A stretch of 60,661 nt of DNA, taken from a virus. Its lineage: Duplodnaviria; Caudoviricetes. Every line of letters starts with the position of its first letter. The first letter of the stretch is position 1. This document shows positions 46,201 to 54,903 of this stretch, piece by piece. The notes below the pieces were generated by a model. That model was not told the origin of the DNA and searched no databases. It saw nothing but the letters and a program-made list of their open reading frames with translations. Position numbers and translations under genes: made by a program. The DNA lies in the IMG/VR virus record IMGVR_UViG_3300027659_000037, positions 1 through 60,661 of that record; one strand, given 5' to 3'.

Positions 46201-46799
46201 ACAGTGCCCGCGCCCATGATTGCGCCTGTACCCAGCGTTAAACCTGCACCTACCAACGGCGCACCACCAGTAAATAAAGTAACCAAGCCAGCGGCAATAG
46301 CAGGAGCCGCAGTTCCAAGCGAATTGGAAATAAGATCAACAGGCGCAACAGACATTGCCTTAACACCCGCCGCTACTTGATCCAGAATACCTTTGTCCTC
46401 CGCCTCTTGCATGATGCGGGCAATTTCTTTGCTGTCGTTTTTGGACTGGGCACTGTACAAAGCAGCTATTTCGTTTTCTACACCACGAAGGCTTTTAGAC
46501 ACAGCATTGTTTGCGCCAAACGCATCAGCAATCATGCGCACACCTGTAACAACGCCAGCCCCCACCTTAAGCGGCACATCGGCAACCTGACGGAAAACGC
46601 TTTGGTCTTGTGGTGTTGCTTCAGGTGGTTTAACAGGTGCAGCAGCTTTAATAGTTAAAGGCATCCACTCGTTTTTTATCAGTCCAAACTTTTCACCTGT
46701 ATCAGGATTGCTCGCTGTTTTAGAAAAAGAAACCCACTCGTTGTTAACTAACGCAAAGCGTTCTCCAGTATCAGGATTGGTGGCGGTTTGGAGTGCCAT
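40293..46799 (-). CDS. Large polyvalent internal virion (ejection) protein with zincin motif and LPD38-like C-terminus
   Basis: 2168 aa; N-terminal NPDTGE repeats, Gly-zipper hydrophobic helices, MHELVHAAT (HExxH), C-terminal VPWGFG...RPLTEFLMNKN..G...DVSPNTL. Confidence 0.7.
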   Translation of the reverse strand: MALQTATNPDTGERFALVNNEWVSFSKTASNPDTGEKFGLIKNEWMPLTIKAAAPVKPPEATPQDQSVFRQVADVPLKVGAGVVTGVRMIADAFGANNAVSKSLRGVENEIAALYSAQSKNDSKEIARIMQEAEDKGILDQVAAGVKAMSVAPVDLISNSLGTAAPAIAAGLVTLFTGGAPLVGAGLTLGTGAIMGAGTVKGAIYDATKQVLTEKTKMTPEQIEAVAVKAQEYDGKNLDQILLGAGIGAVGARTGAEPILARQLAKDIIGRTTAEQAATTAATQTAGKEATRAAVKAVAEQETKKAAERGAIKQGAITAGKELATEFPQGGQEQLAQNLALQREGFDVPTFRGVVSQGTLEGLAGAGMGAAIGGREGYTARFEKEKAEALKEQQQIQQTQTKTETTGTAPKVDAETEAMLSPAVPIGQATKPIETTPATTEVKPDETAPPTESREETVDRLIQERTAQLEELEKKREALGFAPTLRRNSSQKVRDAVAAIEELEKEIGGVKQALWFLHTGKEIDKEKGQNVNEPIASAGGAGATVAGKPGAVVTPGGTTTTQSDRVVDTGTPATDTGAGKAIQPAPLVTTSKPERIDTTPGYVATEQSSEVNLQAAMELADKYEQTADEDYQKNLAESKVDEEGKPRTIPRYEVLKEGEESKEGRYEITAEMREEYDLTRDAKREEGVLIPAWNDLRPDEKDVYFDNIRQNTIEEHNNAAAALDAYRKKKSADKLNLTTEQQRFVNAYEQNRAVSSKLFGVEFPAWGELNDGDKQVYLQQIISNAGLQQDVGFANLGVHLLQKERRMTNDQKRNVALRIAEVQNKIEQEHKQNKEKYDKLNQASQRTSTQGLVPDAVLAHIKGNNIQGVLQFLRTSANNKFFRNIAQAIFSMKLNTQIQMVDKLPGKDVAIYDPASDTIFVTPFGATEAVLMHELVHAATIKVLNIFLTKNGVGLTMAQLEAAEQLQSIMDDSRQFFAKKFPEAYKNLYEFVSYSMTNKSFQLELAKLRQGVGETETILPEKKSMWSEFKLKVAELLGVTKELFKRGKLDMEAPINYRLEIEAAFEDILAVPEKGTISMKPLPASGPANGIDGDNSAYNPDRNDAPDGKNFVKKLFTTAEGWRRIATWLVDRRTEAKYLFDTYNLAGKISRDLNGKFTNFYEWAVTSAALGENEYINRVQDTENKLQSQVTEYAALIGQDLKPALNRLHRIAEAMHEPERRLVKFILTVPLSQQKLLTQNNVQISPAERRVQIVGDERTNKPGLIHKTELTQVQLKALRTELTNLANTYADAYGDGPRVSDKVRERLNRPAPPGKAKQGMPIDINDGAFNVLGLEQSEVALREQQLADMQQNNPAEYNAIQAIYTTMRELHKTTTELNREGNYWSTPVSNLVGLYGFKNYMPFKGKDRGKKQADDSFDFDSRRNGRELQEYQAAMDGRFSVSDNPILQSLSDAIRAAGRAGRKHYTQSIKNAMEAGIIPGDIKHFEFLERNNIDMKKYKGEDYIFHYNKDGSLDILKITNQKLLNSLRYTYQDTNTLLDTANRVTGFFGSLHTRYNYNFAPMNFIRDALFNSFNIGADRGPAAALQYATSMAANIVANNGIAKAWKVASLHDRSDPESKALLAKMVKEDAYVKNMVEYLENGAKTTYIQSFSLKTNMEKLAESTGKSRTITKLDQFNLLVDTWNNMFEFTSRAAVYAQEKERALKEQIANGLSTTPGPNGQMSAAEKAAAVQAATYAKEMTNFEQKGTYSRGMGALYMFIRPSAISAKRSIEAVAPAFRNIDDVVAGLPANIQSDPEAVAKFRTAYAEKQRNARIMITALSGMGYLLYMMAEMMAPDDEFGRNTVKTDNMQQWTRNARFHIPDSVSESLGLGRGVIFQVPWGFGLGAFAAMGAQVAGMTRGQTSLKDGMSSIVMSIMADSFVPLPISKIPASEAPLAFAVDSLMPTVIRPLTEFLMNKNGIGQDINSATARRMGDAYTGGDKIPEIYKTVAKELFKSDVPGLGVGGVDVSPNTLYFFTNSYLDGLGKVGELIYGMFNLSKGAKEFNPKTDLPLIGSFFGSKSNVDSREFSSVEKQIKEIQQKLNTFDTAAPVAGIKYDMQNPMHRDIVEIYKQQVVELNRLRAEANQIRLDGSLSPKIRDKMLKVTILQENMIKHEMIAMFKAYGVKP

Positions 46800-46801
46800 G
46801 T

Positions 46802-49762
46802 TTAATCCACTTTAGCGCCGGGTGGAGGGGGTGGAGCGTCGCCGCCAGTATTAGTTGGTTTTGGTTTCATGCCTGCTTTTTCCCTGACAAAATTAACTGT
46901 ATCCTGCGCATCTTTACGCATACGGTCAAAATTTCTTTCTCTTATCGCTAACTGTTCTTTGGCAGCTTTTATAAGCGGTAGAGTATCTGGAGTTTCCGCC
47001 ATGCCAGCCCGATTAACGAGCGTAGCATATGCCGGTTTTGACATTTCTACTTCGATTGTTTTTTCTACGTTGGCTTGTAATTGTGCAGCAGCATTTAGCC
47101 GCGCTATCATGTTAGTTTCATTTCTTCCTTCTTTGTCTTCTTTTGCAGCCGCCGCACGTATTCTTTCTCCTGCTAACTGAGTCTCATTGACAGAATTTTG
47201 AAGCTCTCTACGCATTTTCTCAATAGAGATATCGTGTTCTCTTGCCCGCGTTGACCTAACTTCTTCTACTTTGAGCGCCTTCGTTTCAGCAGCATTTTCT
47301 TTTTGGGTCTGCATCTGGTATTCAGACAGCTTTAAGAAAAGCGTTTGCATCTTTTCAGCGTCTTTTTCTTTGACTGCCGCAGCGGCGTCAATTTCGCCTA
47401 TTGTCTCGAGACGAGTTGCTTCATCAAGACTGGCAATAGACTTGTTAATTTCCATGCGAACCTTCTTGGCTTCTTTTTCGCCCTCGACAATCTCAGGTAT
47501 TCGCTCCCTGACTGCAATCAAACCAGCAGTCAATGTTTCGCCGGGAGTAGAACCCCAACGTGCAAAGAACGCAGCAGCTTGCAAATACCTATTGCGCCTT
47601 GCCTCATCTTCAGCATTAGCGCGTTCTTTCATCAGATTGGCGCGCGCCTCTGGGTCGCGTTGTGCTACGCCCGCTGCCTCATAAGCAGCTTGTTTTTCTC
47701 TCATAATGTCCGGTATAGAACGATCCGCCCTAGTCTGTATATCGGAAATTTGTGACTTCAATACATCAGGTATGTTGGGGTCAGCCTGCGTTGCTTCTAA
47801 TGCAGTAAGCGGGGCTTTTAGAACAGGAGGAGGCGCAACTGCTGGCGCAGCTTGAGCAATGCCCAATGGCACATTGCTTACATCTTTAGTAACTTCACCT
47901 GTCATTGAACGTCGATGCAATATTTCTGAAGGGGTAAGCTCTGGTTTTTCTTTAACAACACTTTGATTGTTTTCGTCAGTTGAGCTTGCAAACGCAATGA
48001 TGCCACCGCCAGCTAATCTAGGTTGTTGAGGTTGTTTCTCCAATTGACGTTCACGCAGAATGCGTTGCGCCATACGTTTGATTGATGGGCTAGATGATTC
48101 TTTAAGTTGTTTTTGTAGACTCGACTCATCCATGTTGTAGAGGTCGCTCTCAACTTCGCCGCCTACGTTGTAAGACATGATGCCGCCTTTAGCGTATTCC
48201 TTGATGACGCCACCTTTTGCTTTGAACGCGTTGTACAGAGAAGCACCTGCACCTGCCGCGCCAATGGCTTGAGTGATTGGGTTGGGAGCCGCCACGTACT
48301 GCTGTGTGGTTTGAGCTTGCATGGGCAAGCCACGGATCATGTTGGACATTGTGCCCAACTGCATGAGTGGGTACTGCTGCGCGTTAGAGTAATCTTGAAT
48401 AGCCTGATTAACCTTCTGCTGCTCCAAGGCTTGTTGTTGTGCGCCAGTTGTATTCTGAAGACTGTAGATGCCTTGTTGTGCCGCAAGCTGTTGTTGACCC
48501 AAATTGGCTAATTGATTAGCCGCGCCCAAGGCAGCTTGATTTGCTTGCATACCATACCCAGCGCCAAATTGACGGGATTGTTCTTCAGCAGCTTGTGCGG
48601 CCTGCCCGTACTGTGCGCCAAGACTAGCGGCCTGTAATCCTTGTCCAGCGCCATATTGACGGGACTGCTCTGCGGCTTGTTGTGCTTGCTGAAAGGCCTG
48701 CTGATTAGCCAACTGCGACTGCATGTTTTGGCCTGCGCCAAGTTGTTGTATACCAAGCAACGCAGAAAGATTCTGTGTCCCGGTCTGAATGCCAGCCTGT
48801 TGATTGGCTTGTTGTGCCTGCAAACGAGCTTGCTGCTCAGCATTGAATTGTTGTTGGGCTTGACCATAAGCAGCTTGTTGTCCCGTGGCTTGGATGTCAC
48901 CCATTTGCTGACCGAGATTTCGTTCACGTTCCGCACGCACGATGGCATCACGACTACCGCCAAAAGCACCTGCGCCTACAGCTTGAGCTTGCTGCTGTGT
49001 GCCTTGAATGCCAGATTGGCGTTGCGCCTCACGTTTTTGGATGTCCACCACGTTCTGCATGTAGGGCGACATATACGCTTCTGCGGAACCGGGCTGCGCA
49101 AAACTTTGAGTACGTACTCTTTCAGCTGGCCCCATTTGATAGTTTTGTAAGTCTGGTGCTTGCGCTTGCATCATTGAAAACTGACCGGGCTGGTATGTGC
49201 CGGGGTTTTGAAATTGATTACCAAAATTACCAGCTTGATAGTTGGCATTTTGTAAATTCTGCATTGATTGTTGAGTAGCATCAGTTGCCTGACCATACTG
49301 ACCCGGTAATTGCATGTTGGCAATACCTTGTTGCGCACCGGTCTGCATCGGTTGAAAGCCAGCTATGGATTTACCGGGATCGTAGGAAGTCTGGTTACCC
49401 TGTGCATCGTATGTTCCACCATAAGATCTGTATGGTTGGAAGCCAGTTATGTTGAAAGTATCCGAGCCAGGTATTAATCTTCGTTCGGTTCCAGTTTGTA
49501 CTTGTTGTGTGCCACCACCCCTGCCGCCTGTGCTTTGCGTTGAATAGACAGGAACATCTTCATACTGAGGATTTGAACTTCCCTGAAACAATTGTTTCTG
49601 GGTTGCGCCCAGCATTGTCTCAACGTAAGGTTTTGCGTACTCAGGAATATTCGTTGAATACGTAGTGTTGGTGCTTTGTTGTGAACCGCCGCCGCCACCG
49701 CCGCCCATACCCATATACCCACTCAACGGAAGGAGTTTTCTTTTTGCATCGAGTAAATTCAT
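46802..49762 (-). CDS. Internal virion / DNA ejection protein
   Basis: GGGGGGGSQQSTNTT N-terminus, YMSPYMQNVVD, GAFGGSR, Gln-rich; coiled-coil C-terminal half. Confidence 0.7.
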   Translation of the reverse strand: MNLLDAKRKLLPLSGYMGMGGGGGGGSQQSTNTTYSTNIPEYAKPYVETMLGATQKQLFQGSSNPQYEDVPVYSTQSTGGRGGGTQQVQTGTERRLIPGSDTFNITGFQPYRSYGGTYDAQGNQTSYDPGKSIAGFQPMQTGAQQGIANMQLPGQYGQATDATQQSMQNLQNANYQAGNFGNQFQNPGTYQPGQFSMMQAQAPDLQNYQMGPAERVRTQSFAQPGSAEAYMSPYMQNVVDIQKREAQRQSGIQGTQQQAQAVGAGAFGGSRDAIVRAERERNLGQQMGDIQATGQQAAYGQAQQQFNAEQQARLQAQQANQQAGIQTGTQNLSALLGIQQLGAGQNMQSQLANQQAFQQAQQAAEQSRQYGAGQGLQAASLGAQYGQAAQAAEEQSRQFGAGYGMQANQAALGAANQLANLGQQQLAAQQGIYSLQNTTGAQQQALEQQKVNQAIQDYSNAQQYPLMQLGTMSNMIRGLPMQAQTTQQYVAAPNPITQAIGAAGAGASLYNAFKAKGGVIKEYAKGGIMSYNVGGEVESDLYNMDESSLQKQLKESSSPSIKRMAQRILRERQLEKQPQQPRLAGGGIIAFASSTDENNQSVVKEKPELTPSEILHRRSMTGEVTKDVSNVPLGIAQAAPAVAPPPVLKAPLTALEATQADPNIPDVLKSQISDIQTRADRSIPDIMREKQAAYEAAGVAQRDPEARANLMKERANAEDEARRNRYLQAAAFFARWGSTPGETLTAGLIAVRERIPEIVEGEKEAKKVRMEINKSIASLDEATRLETIGEIDAAAAVKEKDAEKMQTLFLKLSEYQMQTQKENAAETKALKVEEVRSTRAREHDISIEKMRRELQNSVNETQLAGERIRAAAAKEDKEGRNETNMIARLNAAAQLQANVEKTIEVEMSKPAYATLVNRAGMAETPDTLPLIKAAKEQLAIRERNFDRMRKDAQDTVNFVREKAGMKPKPTNTGGDAPPPPPGAKVD

Positions 49763-50166
49763 AATTTAATCCTCATCACTTGGTGGGTATTTTCTAGACC
49801 CATTTTCTCGTACATCTGCACCAATGAGCCTCTTGCCCAGCACTGCGCTTTGGTTGCACCGAATCTACGCATCCACTCTTTGGCTTCTTCAAAGACATGA
49901 TGTCTGACAATTCCTTTGCCACCCATCAAATTGACATGCGCTATACGCTCTCTTGGGTAGTCCATAAACTCAACTGTTACTGCGCCTGTAATGCCCTCAT
50001 CAGGTTCTTCCCACACCAAAAGAAATATCCGACCTGTGCGCACTGAATATTCCACCTGCTCAATGGTCAATGCTTCCGGTTCAAGATCAATTGCTTTTTG
50101 CAACAACGGTGCAGCAACAGGCCACATCTGTGGCAGTTGGCTTGGATGGACTTGATGGAGTGGCAT
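49759..50166 (-). CDS. GNAT-fold-like virion morphogenesis protein
   Basis: GAVTVEFMDYP...LMGG...EWMRRFGATK...QMYEKMGL; position resembles T7 gp13-type genes. Confidence 0.55.
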   Translation of the reverse strand: MPLHQVHPSQLPQMWPVAAPLLQKAIDLEPEALTIEQVEYSVRTGRIFLLVWEEPDEGITGAVTVEFMDYPRERIAHVNLMGGKGIVRHHVFEEAKEWMRRFGATKAQCWARGSLVQMYEKMGLENTHQVMRIKL

Positions 50167-51695
50167 TATGTTGGCACAAATTTGCGGGGATTAATCTGTT
50201 TACCTTGCTTAGAGTTGCCGGTGCGTTCTTTACGCACTTTGGTCATCATTGTGTGCAGAATTTTTGCCCCCGCTTCAGTTGAACCATTGCCAAGGTGAGA
50301 CACCACATCAGCAGGAATTACAAACTCACCGTCAGCCAGCCGAGCAGGTTGCTTACCTGCAATCGTAGCGGGAATGTTGTCCGACATGCCGTCACCCGGG
50401 CCTCTGAGTAGCCTAGGGTTTCCACCAGCAGCATAGCCACCAAGACTGGATTGCATAATCCCACCACGCGCGGCATCGACTGATGCGCTGCTCTCTTCGG
50501 CTTTTGCACCGGGCGGAGAAAGATTGATCTGCCCTAATCTTGTAGGACGTTTCATGTTCTGTGCTTGGATATTGGATCGCTTATTGATCTTTGCCATGCG
50601 TATTTGCGCAGCGGATACTGGATCAAGAGATCGAGTGTCTGGATCAGTGTCATAAATAATACCCGGGTCGCTTTTTGTAGGCGGCATGTTCCGAGCTTGT
50701 TCGCTCAGCATAGACTCGTAGTAATCACCTGCTATTTTGCTGCCGCCTGTTGGATCAAAATCAACCTTACTACCCGACTTAAATGAAGCAATACCGCCTT
50801 CAGCATATACCTTGGGTGTGTATTGATAATCTTGTGGGTTTGCATAACGCCCTTGAAAGTTAGGCGACATCTTGTAGCGTTTCAATATGCCGTTGTACTC
50901 CTCAGGTTTTTCTTCTTCTTCGGACGGCTTAAGTAAATTCCTAGCCGTGTACGCCATAGACGCAGCAGAGAACGGGTTTTCTTTGACGTAGTTAAGTGCT
51001 TTTTCAAACCCGGCTTGCAGACCAGTAGGTTGTTGAAGTGGCATAAAACGGTTGTCATACCCTTCAAGTCCGTATGCTCCTTCTGTGTTACCAAATAAAG
51101 CTTGACGTTCTGCGGATGATCCTAGCGGGTGCTGGGTAACCTGCTCAATGCCCGCTTTGGGAGACATAGTTTGATTTGTCAACTCTTGTGTAGCATTTCG
51201 AGCAGCTTCTTGTTCTGCTACACCCCCCGGCCCTTCAGCAAATTGACCTAAGTTTTGGGCATTCTGCGCCATATCTTGACCCCGCTGCATAGCTTCAAGT
51301 TCAGCTTGGGAGAACCCAGAATTAACAGCTTGCATTTGATCTGCGGTGACCATCGCTTGGTTGATACCCGCTTCACCCATACCAAGGCCACCTGTGGTAA
51401 CACCTTGGGCAACACCTTCAGCCAATGCAGGTACGGCAGCGCCAGAGCCAGCGCCTATGGCGTTTAATATTGAAGCATTTGTACCAGCCTCCGCCAATAG
51501 ACCCGCAGTGCCGAACTCTGCGCCAAGGGCTGATAGACCCCCAAGGCCTTCCAGCGCACCAAGGCCAACACCCGCCTCTACTGCCCCCGCTGCAAGGGGA
51601 GCCAACTCGACTGCTGTAAACATCGTCGGCGCTGCTACGGCAAACGATTCCGCCATTATTGCTTCTGCCGCTAACGGCGCTGCTGCTGCTCCCAT
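50166..51695 (-). CDS. Internal virion / pilot protein
   Basis: Hydrophobic Ala/Gly N-terminus; C-terminal GPGDGMSDNIPA...RLADGEFVIPADVVSHLGNGS domain. Confidence 0.7.
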   Translation of the reverse strand: MGAAAAPLAAEAIMAESFAVAAPTMFTAVELAPLAAGAVEAGVGLGALEGLGGLSALGAEFGTAGLLAEAGTNASILNAIGAGSGAAVPALAEGVAQGVTTGGLGMGEAGINQAMVTADQMQAVNSGFSQAELEAMQRGQDMAQNAQNLGQFAEGPGGVAEQEAARNATQELTNQTMSPKAGIEQVTQHPLGSSAERQALFGNTEGAYGLEGYDNRFMPLQQPTGLQAGFEKALNYVKENPFSAASMAYTARNLLKPSEEEEKPEEYNGILKRYKMSPNFQGRYANPQDYQYTPKVYAEGGIASFKSGSKVDFDPTGGSKIAGDYYESMLSEQARNMPPTKSDPGIIYDTDPDTRSLDPVSAAQIRMAKINKRSNIQAQNMKRPTRLGQINLSPPGAKAEESSASVDAARGGIMQSSLGGYAAGGNPRLLRGPGDGMSDNIPATIAGKQPARLADGEFVIPADVVSHLGNGSTEAGAKILHTMMTKVRKERTGNSKQGKQINPRKFVPT

Positions 51696-51696
51696 A

Positions 51697-52005
51697 TTAA
51701 ACCTCGCGTTTCATTAAAACAAAGCCGCGTCTGCGGTCAAATTCTTTAAACCCAAACATGGCAATTAACTTCTGCGCTTTTACATCATTTTCAAAAGGTA
51801 GAGCATACACTTCCGTGTAGCTTTTGTCTCTGAAATCTGACATAAAACCAGCAAAAATATGCTTATACCGCCTGACCTTTGAAGGAGTCCACGCCCCCTC
51901 GTTAAAGTTTAGATGCAATGAGATCTTTGTTCGGTCAAACAAGTAATCGCACAGGACTTCTCCATTATCGTCTTCGTACAGTTTTTCTCTTACTGGCGGC
52001 ATCAT
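51697..52005 (-). CDS. GNAT-like protein
   Basis: EVYALPFENDVKAQKLIAMFGFKE resembles GNAT motif B. Confidence 0.5.
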   Translation of the reverse strand: MMPPVREKLYEDDNGEVLCDYLFDRTKISLHLNFNEGAWTPSKVRRYKHIFAGFMSDFRDKSYTEVYALPFENDVKAQKLIAMFGFKEFDRRRGFVLMKREV

Positions 52006-52316
52006 GTTTTTATCTTTAGCACGTTTGAAGCCGTTGTGTCGTAGTAGATGTCCCCAGCGCGAAGATTGGCAAGATCGGCTTGAGTTGGTAGGCTAACTTG
52101 GGATGCGCCGGATGTAGTTGGATTGGGTTGCGCAAAAGACATGGCGGTAACCACATCTGTAGTACCCACATTCTGTGAAGCAAATATAGCTGGTGCTGCG
52201 CTGTTTAAAAAGTTGAAATACAAACGCAGTACGTTGGTTAACTGCTCCATGTACTGGGCATCATATTCAGCCGGAGCAGCCGGTAGTCGTGGCGGGGTGT
52301 TACCTTTTAATCCCAT
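52002..52316 (-). CDS. Small tail-associated protein
   Basis: PRLPAAPAEYD...LRLYFN; follows the nozzle gene. Confidence 0.55.
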   Translation of the reverse strand: MGLKGNTPPRLPAAPAEYDAQYMEQLTNVLRLYFNFLNSAAPAIFASQNVGTTDVVTAMSFAQPNPTTSGASQVSLPTQADLANLRAGDIYYDTTASNVLKIKT

Positions 52317-52318
52317 GC

Positions 52319-54559
52319 TTATCTCCTGCCGTCAGGACGAATGTCAATTCGCGGAATGCCCAACTGCCACTGCACCCCCAGCGTATTCGAGCTAACTTGG
52401 AACGCCATCTGACGACCACGAATCCTGACATACACCTGCTGTGTAAACTGCTGAATAGCATAGGTTCTCTGGTTCTGATAGTTCTGCGTACTGATAACAG
52501 CCGGGTCATTAGATGAGCCGTAGGCTGCGCCGGGGAAAGTGCGTGGCAATACAGTGAAGCTGGCCTGCGGCAGGTTCACGCTTGAGCCATCAAACGATAA
52601 GTCAGGTATTAACCTCCAGACAAAACCAAAGTTATGCCCGTCCCCAATGTCAAAGTCAGATGAAGTTAGTGTTGAGGAGATGGGAACTGAAGGGTTTACT
52701 GTGCCATCATCTACACCGTTCTCATGGTAAACAAGCAAAGTATTTGCACTGCCGCCAGCCACGCCATAGGTTGCCGCCATTGGGTATTCTCTAAGTGCGC
52801 TGTCCAGCCATGCTGTACGTCCTTGGTTGTTACCTACGTAGTTGTCCCAGTCACCGTAGTACCAAATATTATCAAGATGGTTGTAGATTACATATCGGTC
52901 AATTACGGTCGAGCCAGCAGAACAATACTGCCACCAGACCTCGTTGTAACCCTCGTTTGTTCCAGCCATAAACTGATATGACTGGGTAAGGTTGATGTCG
53001 TTGTAGACGTACTGACGCAAAGTGCACGGCAAAGTCTGCACTCGGCCTGAATACATATAGAACTTGTCTGTACCCATCCAGTAGGTGATGTTGTTGGCAG
53101 TTGCTATTGCATTTGGCCCAGCAATTGATATGTTGTCACCCATGATCTGAAAGCCCCAGACATACGGTGGGCCAAGGTATTGCATGGAGTAGATAGCTGA
53201 ATCAGTCAGCACCAAAATCTCTTGACGGGTCTGAATGGCGGTCACAATCTGTGAGCCGTGGCTCAATCGGTAGCTACCCGCTTGGTTTGTAACAGCCGGA
53301 TACCACACCGTAAAGCTTTCTTGGTTCGACCAGTAAATTAGCAGCGGGTCTTGAACTAAGCTGCTGGCTACGGAGTCGTTGCACCCAAACGCAATAACAA
53401 AGCGCGAAGCATCGGACACCATAACAAAGTTGGCTACTGTCGGGCAGTAAGCATCCGTCGTGACTGTTCCTGCTTTGGTAACTATAGAGGCGCTTGGGCC
53501 AAGTAACTGACCCCGGTTGAATGTGCTGGCTGACGCAGAGTTTGCCCAGTAGTACAAAGCACCACCACGGGGGTTGAAGATCAAATCTTCGCCAAAGTTT
53601 GACTGACTCCATAAGCGAAGCTGCACGCCAACACCTACAGTAGCAGGCGAACCCCAGCCTGTAAATGTGGTGGACTGCGTTACTATTGCGTTGTCGGCAT
53701 GGGAGGCGGCTGCGCCTGAGCCTGTGCCACTTAATCCACGGGTACACCCCAAGAATTGAGTTGAATTTTTACTTGTATAAGAGATGTTCTCTGAGTCAAT
53801 CAGAATGTTTCCGGCTGCTGAAAACGCAGTTGTACTATCCACCGTGATTGTGGTGACGGAATTGTTTATAGCCCCATCAAGTTGATTTGTTGCCGTACCG
53901 GGAATAATGCCGCCCCAAGTACCTGCGCCCCAACCAACGTTTTGAGAGTAAACATCTTGGCCTGTTGTAATCTGGTATGCCCCTACAACAGATGCGCCGC
54001 CAGTACCTGTATCGCTTGCGTTAGCTGCAACCGAAGAAGTTATGGTGTAAGAGTTACTTGACACATAGGTGATCTGAAACTCTGCGTTAAGTATGGTGGC
54101 TGTAATAACTCCGCCCAAGGAAACAGCGCCGCTGAAAGTCACAAAGTCGCCGGTCTGTGCGCCGTGGCCTACATCGGTTACTGTGATTGTGGTGGAGCCG
54201 TTGGTTGCAGCAAAGGTAACTTCACCTGCGGCAGTAGTTGTACGCAAAGGCGTAACGTCGTAGAACGCGCCGTTTGTGCCGTTCTGTATGTAGTACTTGA
54301 GGTTTGTACCTATAGCCAGCAAGTTATAGCCAGTCAGGTTAAGCCAATTCCACATGCCTCGGGCAACGCCCCACAGCGTGCCGGTTGTTGGCTTTAGCGT
54401 AGAGTTGTTTAAACCGGTGTCGGCTGTCCAGCCCCCAACTTTTTCTGGTTGCCCAGAACGAAAGCGGATTTTGTTGGACGCATAGTACCCACCCTCATTG
54501 GTGTAAGTGGTGCTTTCTCTGTTTACACCGGGGCGAAGGGCGAGTTTCTGTAATGGCAT
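52319..54559 (-). CDS. Tail tubular B / DNA-stabilisation (nozzle) protein
   Basis: RPGVNRE...IRFRSGQPEKVGGW, beta-propeller repeats, C-terminal RIRGRQ...LGIPRIDIRPDGRR. Confidence 0.75.
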   Translation of the reverse strand: MPLQKLALRPGVNRESTTYTNEGGYYASNKIRFRSGQPEKVGGWTADTGLNNSTLKPTTGTLWGVARGMWNWLNLTGYNLLAIGTNLKYYIQNGTNGAFYDVTPLRTTTAAGEVTFAATNGSTTITVTDVGHGAQTGDFVTFSGAVSLGGVITATILNAEFQITYVSSNSYTITSSVAANASDTGTGGASVVGAYQITTGQDVYSQNVGWGAGTWGGIIPGTATNQLDGAINNSVTTITVDSTTAFSAAGNILIDSENISYTSKNSTQFLGCTRGLSGTGSGAAASHADNAIVTQSTTFTGWGSPATVGVGVQLRLWSQSNFGEDLIFNPRGGALYYWANSASASTFNRGQLLGPSASIVTKAGTVTTDAYCPTVANFVMVSDASRFVIAFGCNDSVASSLVQDPLLIYWSNQESFTVWYPAVTNQAGSYRLSHGSQIVTAIQTRQEILVLTDSAIYSMQYLGPPYVWGFQIMGDNISIAGPNAIATANNITYWMGTDKFYMYSGRVQTLPCTLRQYVYNDINLTQSYQFMAGTNEGYNEVWWQYCSAGSTVIDRYVIYNHLDNIWYYGDWDNYVGNNQGRTAWLDSALREYPMAATYGVAGGSANTLLVYHENGVDDGTVNPSVPISSTLTSSDFDIGDGHNFGFVWRLIPDLSFDGSSVNLPQASFTVLPRTFPGAAYGSSNDPAVISTQNYQNQRTYAIQQFTQQVYVRIRGRQMAFQVSSNTLGVQWQLGIPRIDIRPDGRR

Positions 54560-54561
54560 TT

Positions 54562-54903
54562 TTAACCCACGTTACGCTCAAAATGAGGGCAGTCCACAAG
54601 ATTGGAAAAGTTCCCGCCCCAGCGGTTTTTGATGTTCAATGACTCCCAGTATGCGCCCAGCGGAGCAATGGTCGCCTTGTCCCAGATTATCTTCCCATCC
54701 TTGAAGAAGTTCAAGTCTATGGCGCACCGCTTCAGGTGGATAGACTTCATGGTCTTGGAACGACCCGTCTTGACATAGATAGCTTGCTGCTCTGGGGTGC
54801 GGGCAAGCTCGCCGCCAGTAATTTTAAAGCCTTGCTCTGTGGCGTAGGTAATGAGTTTGCAGGCATCCAGCAGGAATGCGGCTTGTTCGTCAGATAAACT
54901 CAT
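54562..54903 (-). CDS. Endolysin, peptidase M15 family
   Basis: RTPEQQ, SIHLKRCAID, WGGNF..DCPHFE. Confidence 0.88.
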   Translation of the reverse strand: MSLSDEQAAFLLDACKLITYATEQGFKITGGELARTPEQQAIYVKTGRSKTMKSIHLKRCAIDLNFFKDGKIIWDKATIAPLGAYWESLNIKNRWGGNFSNLVDCPHFERNVG

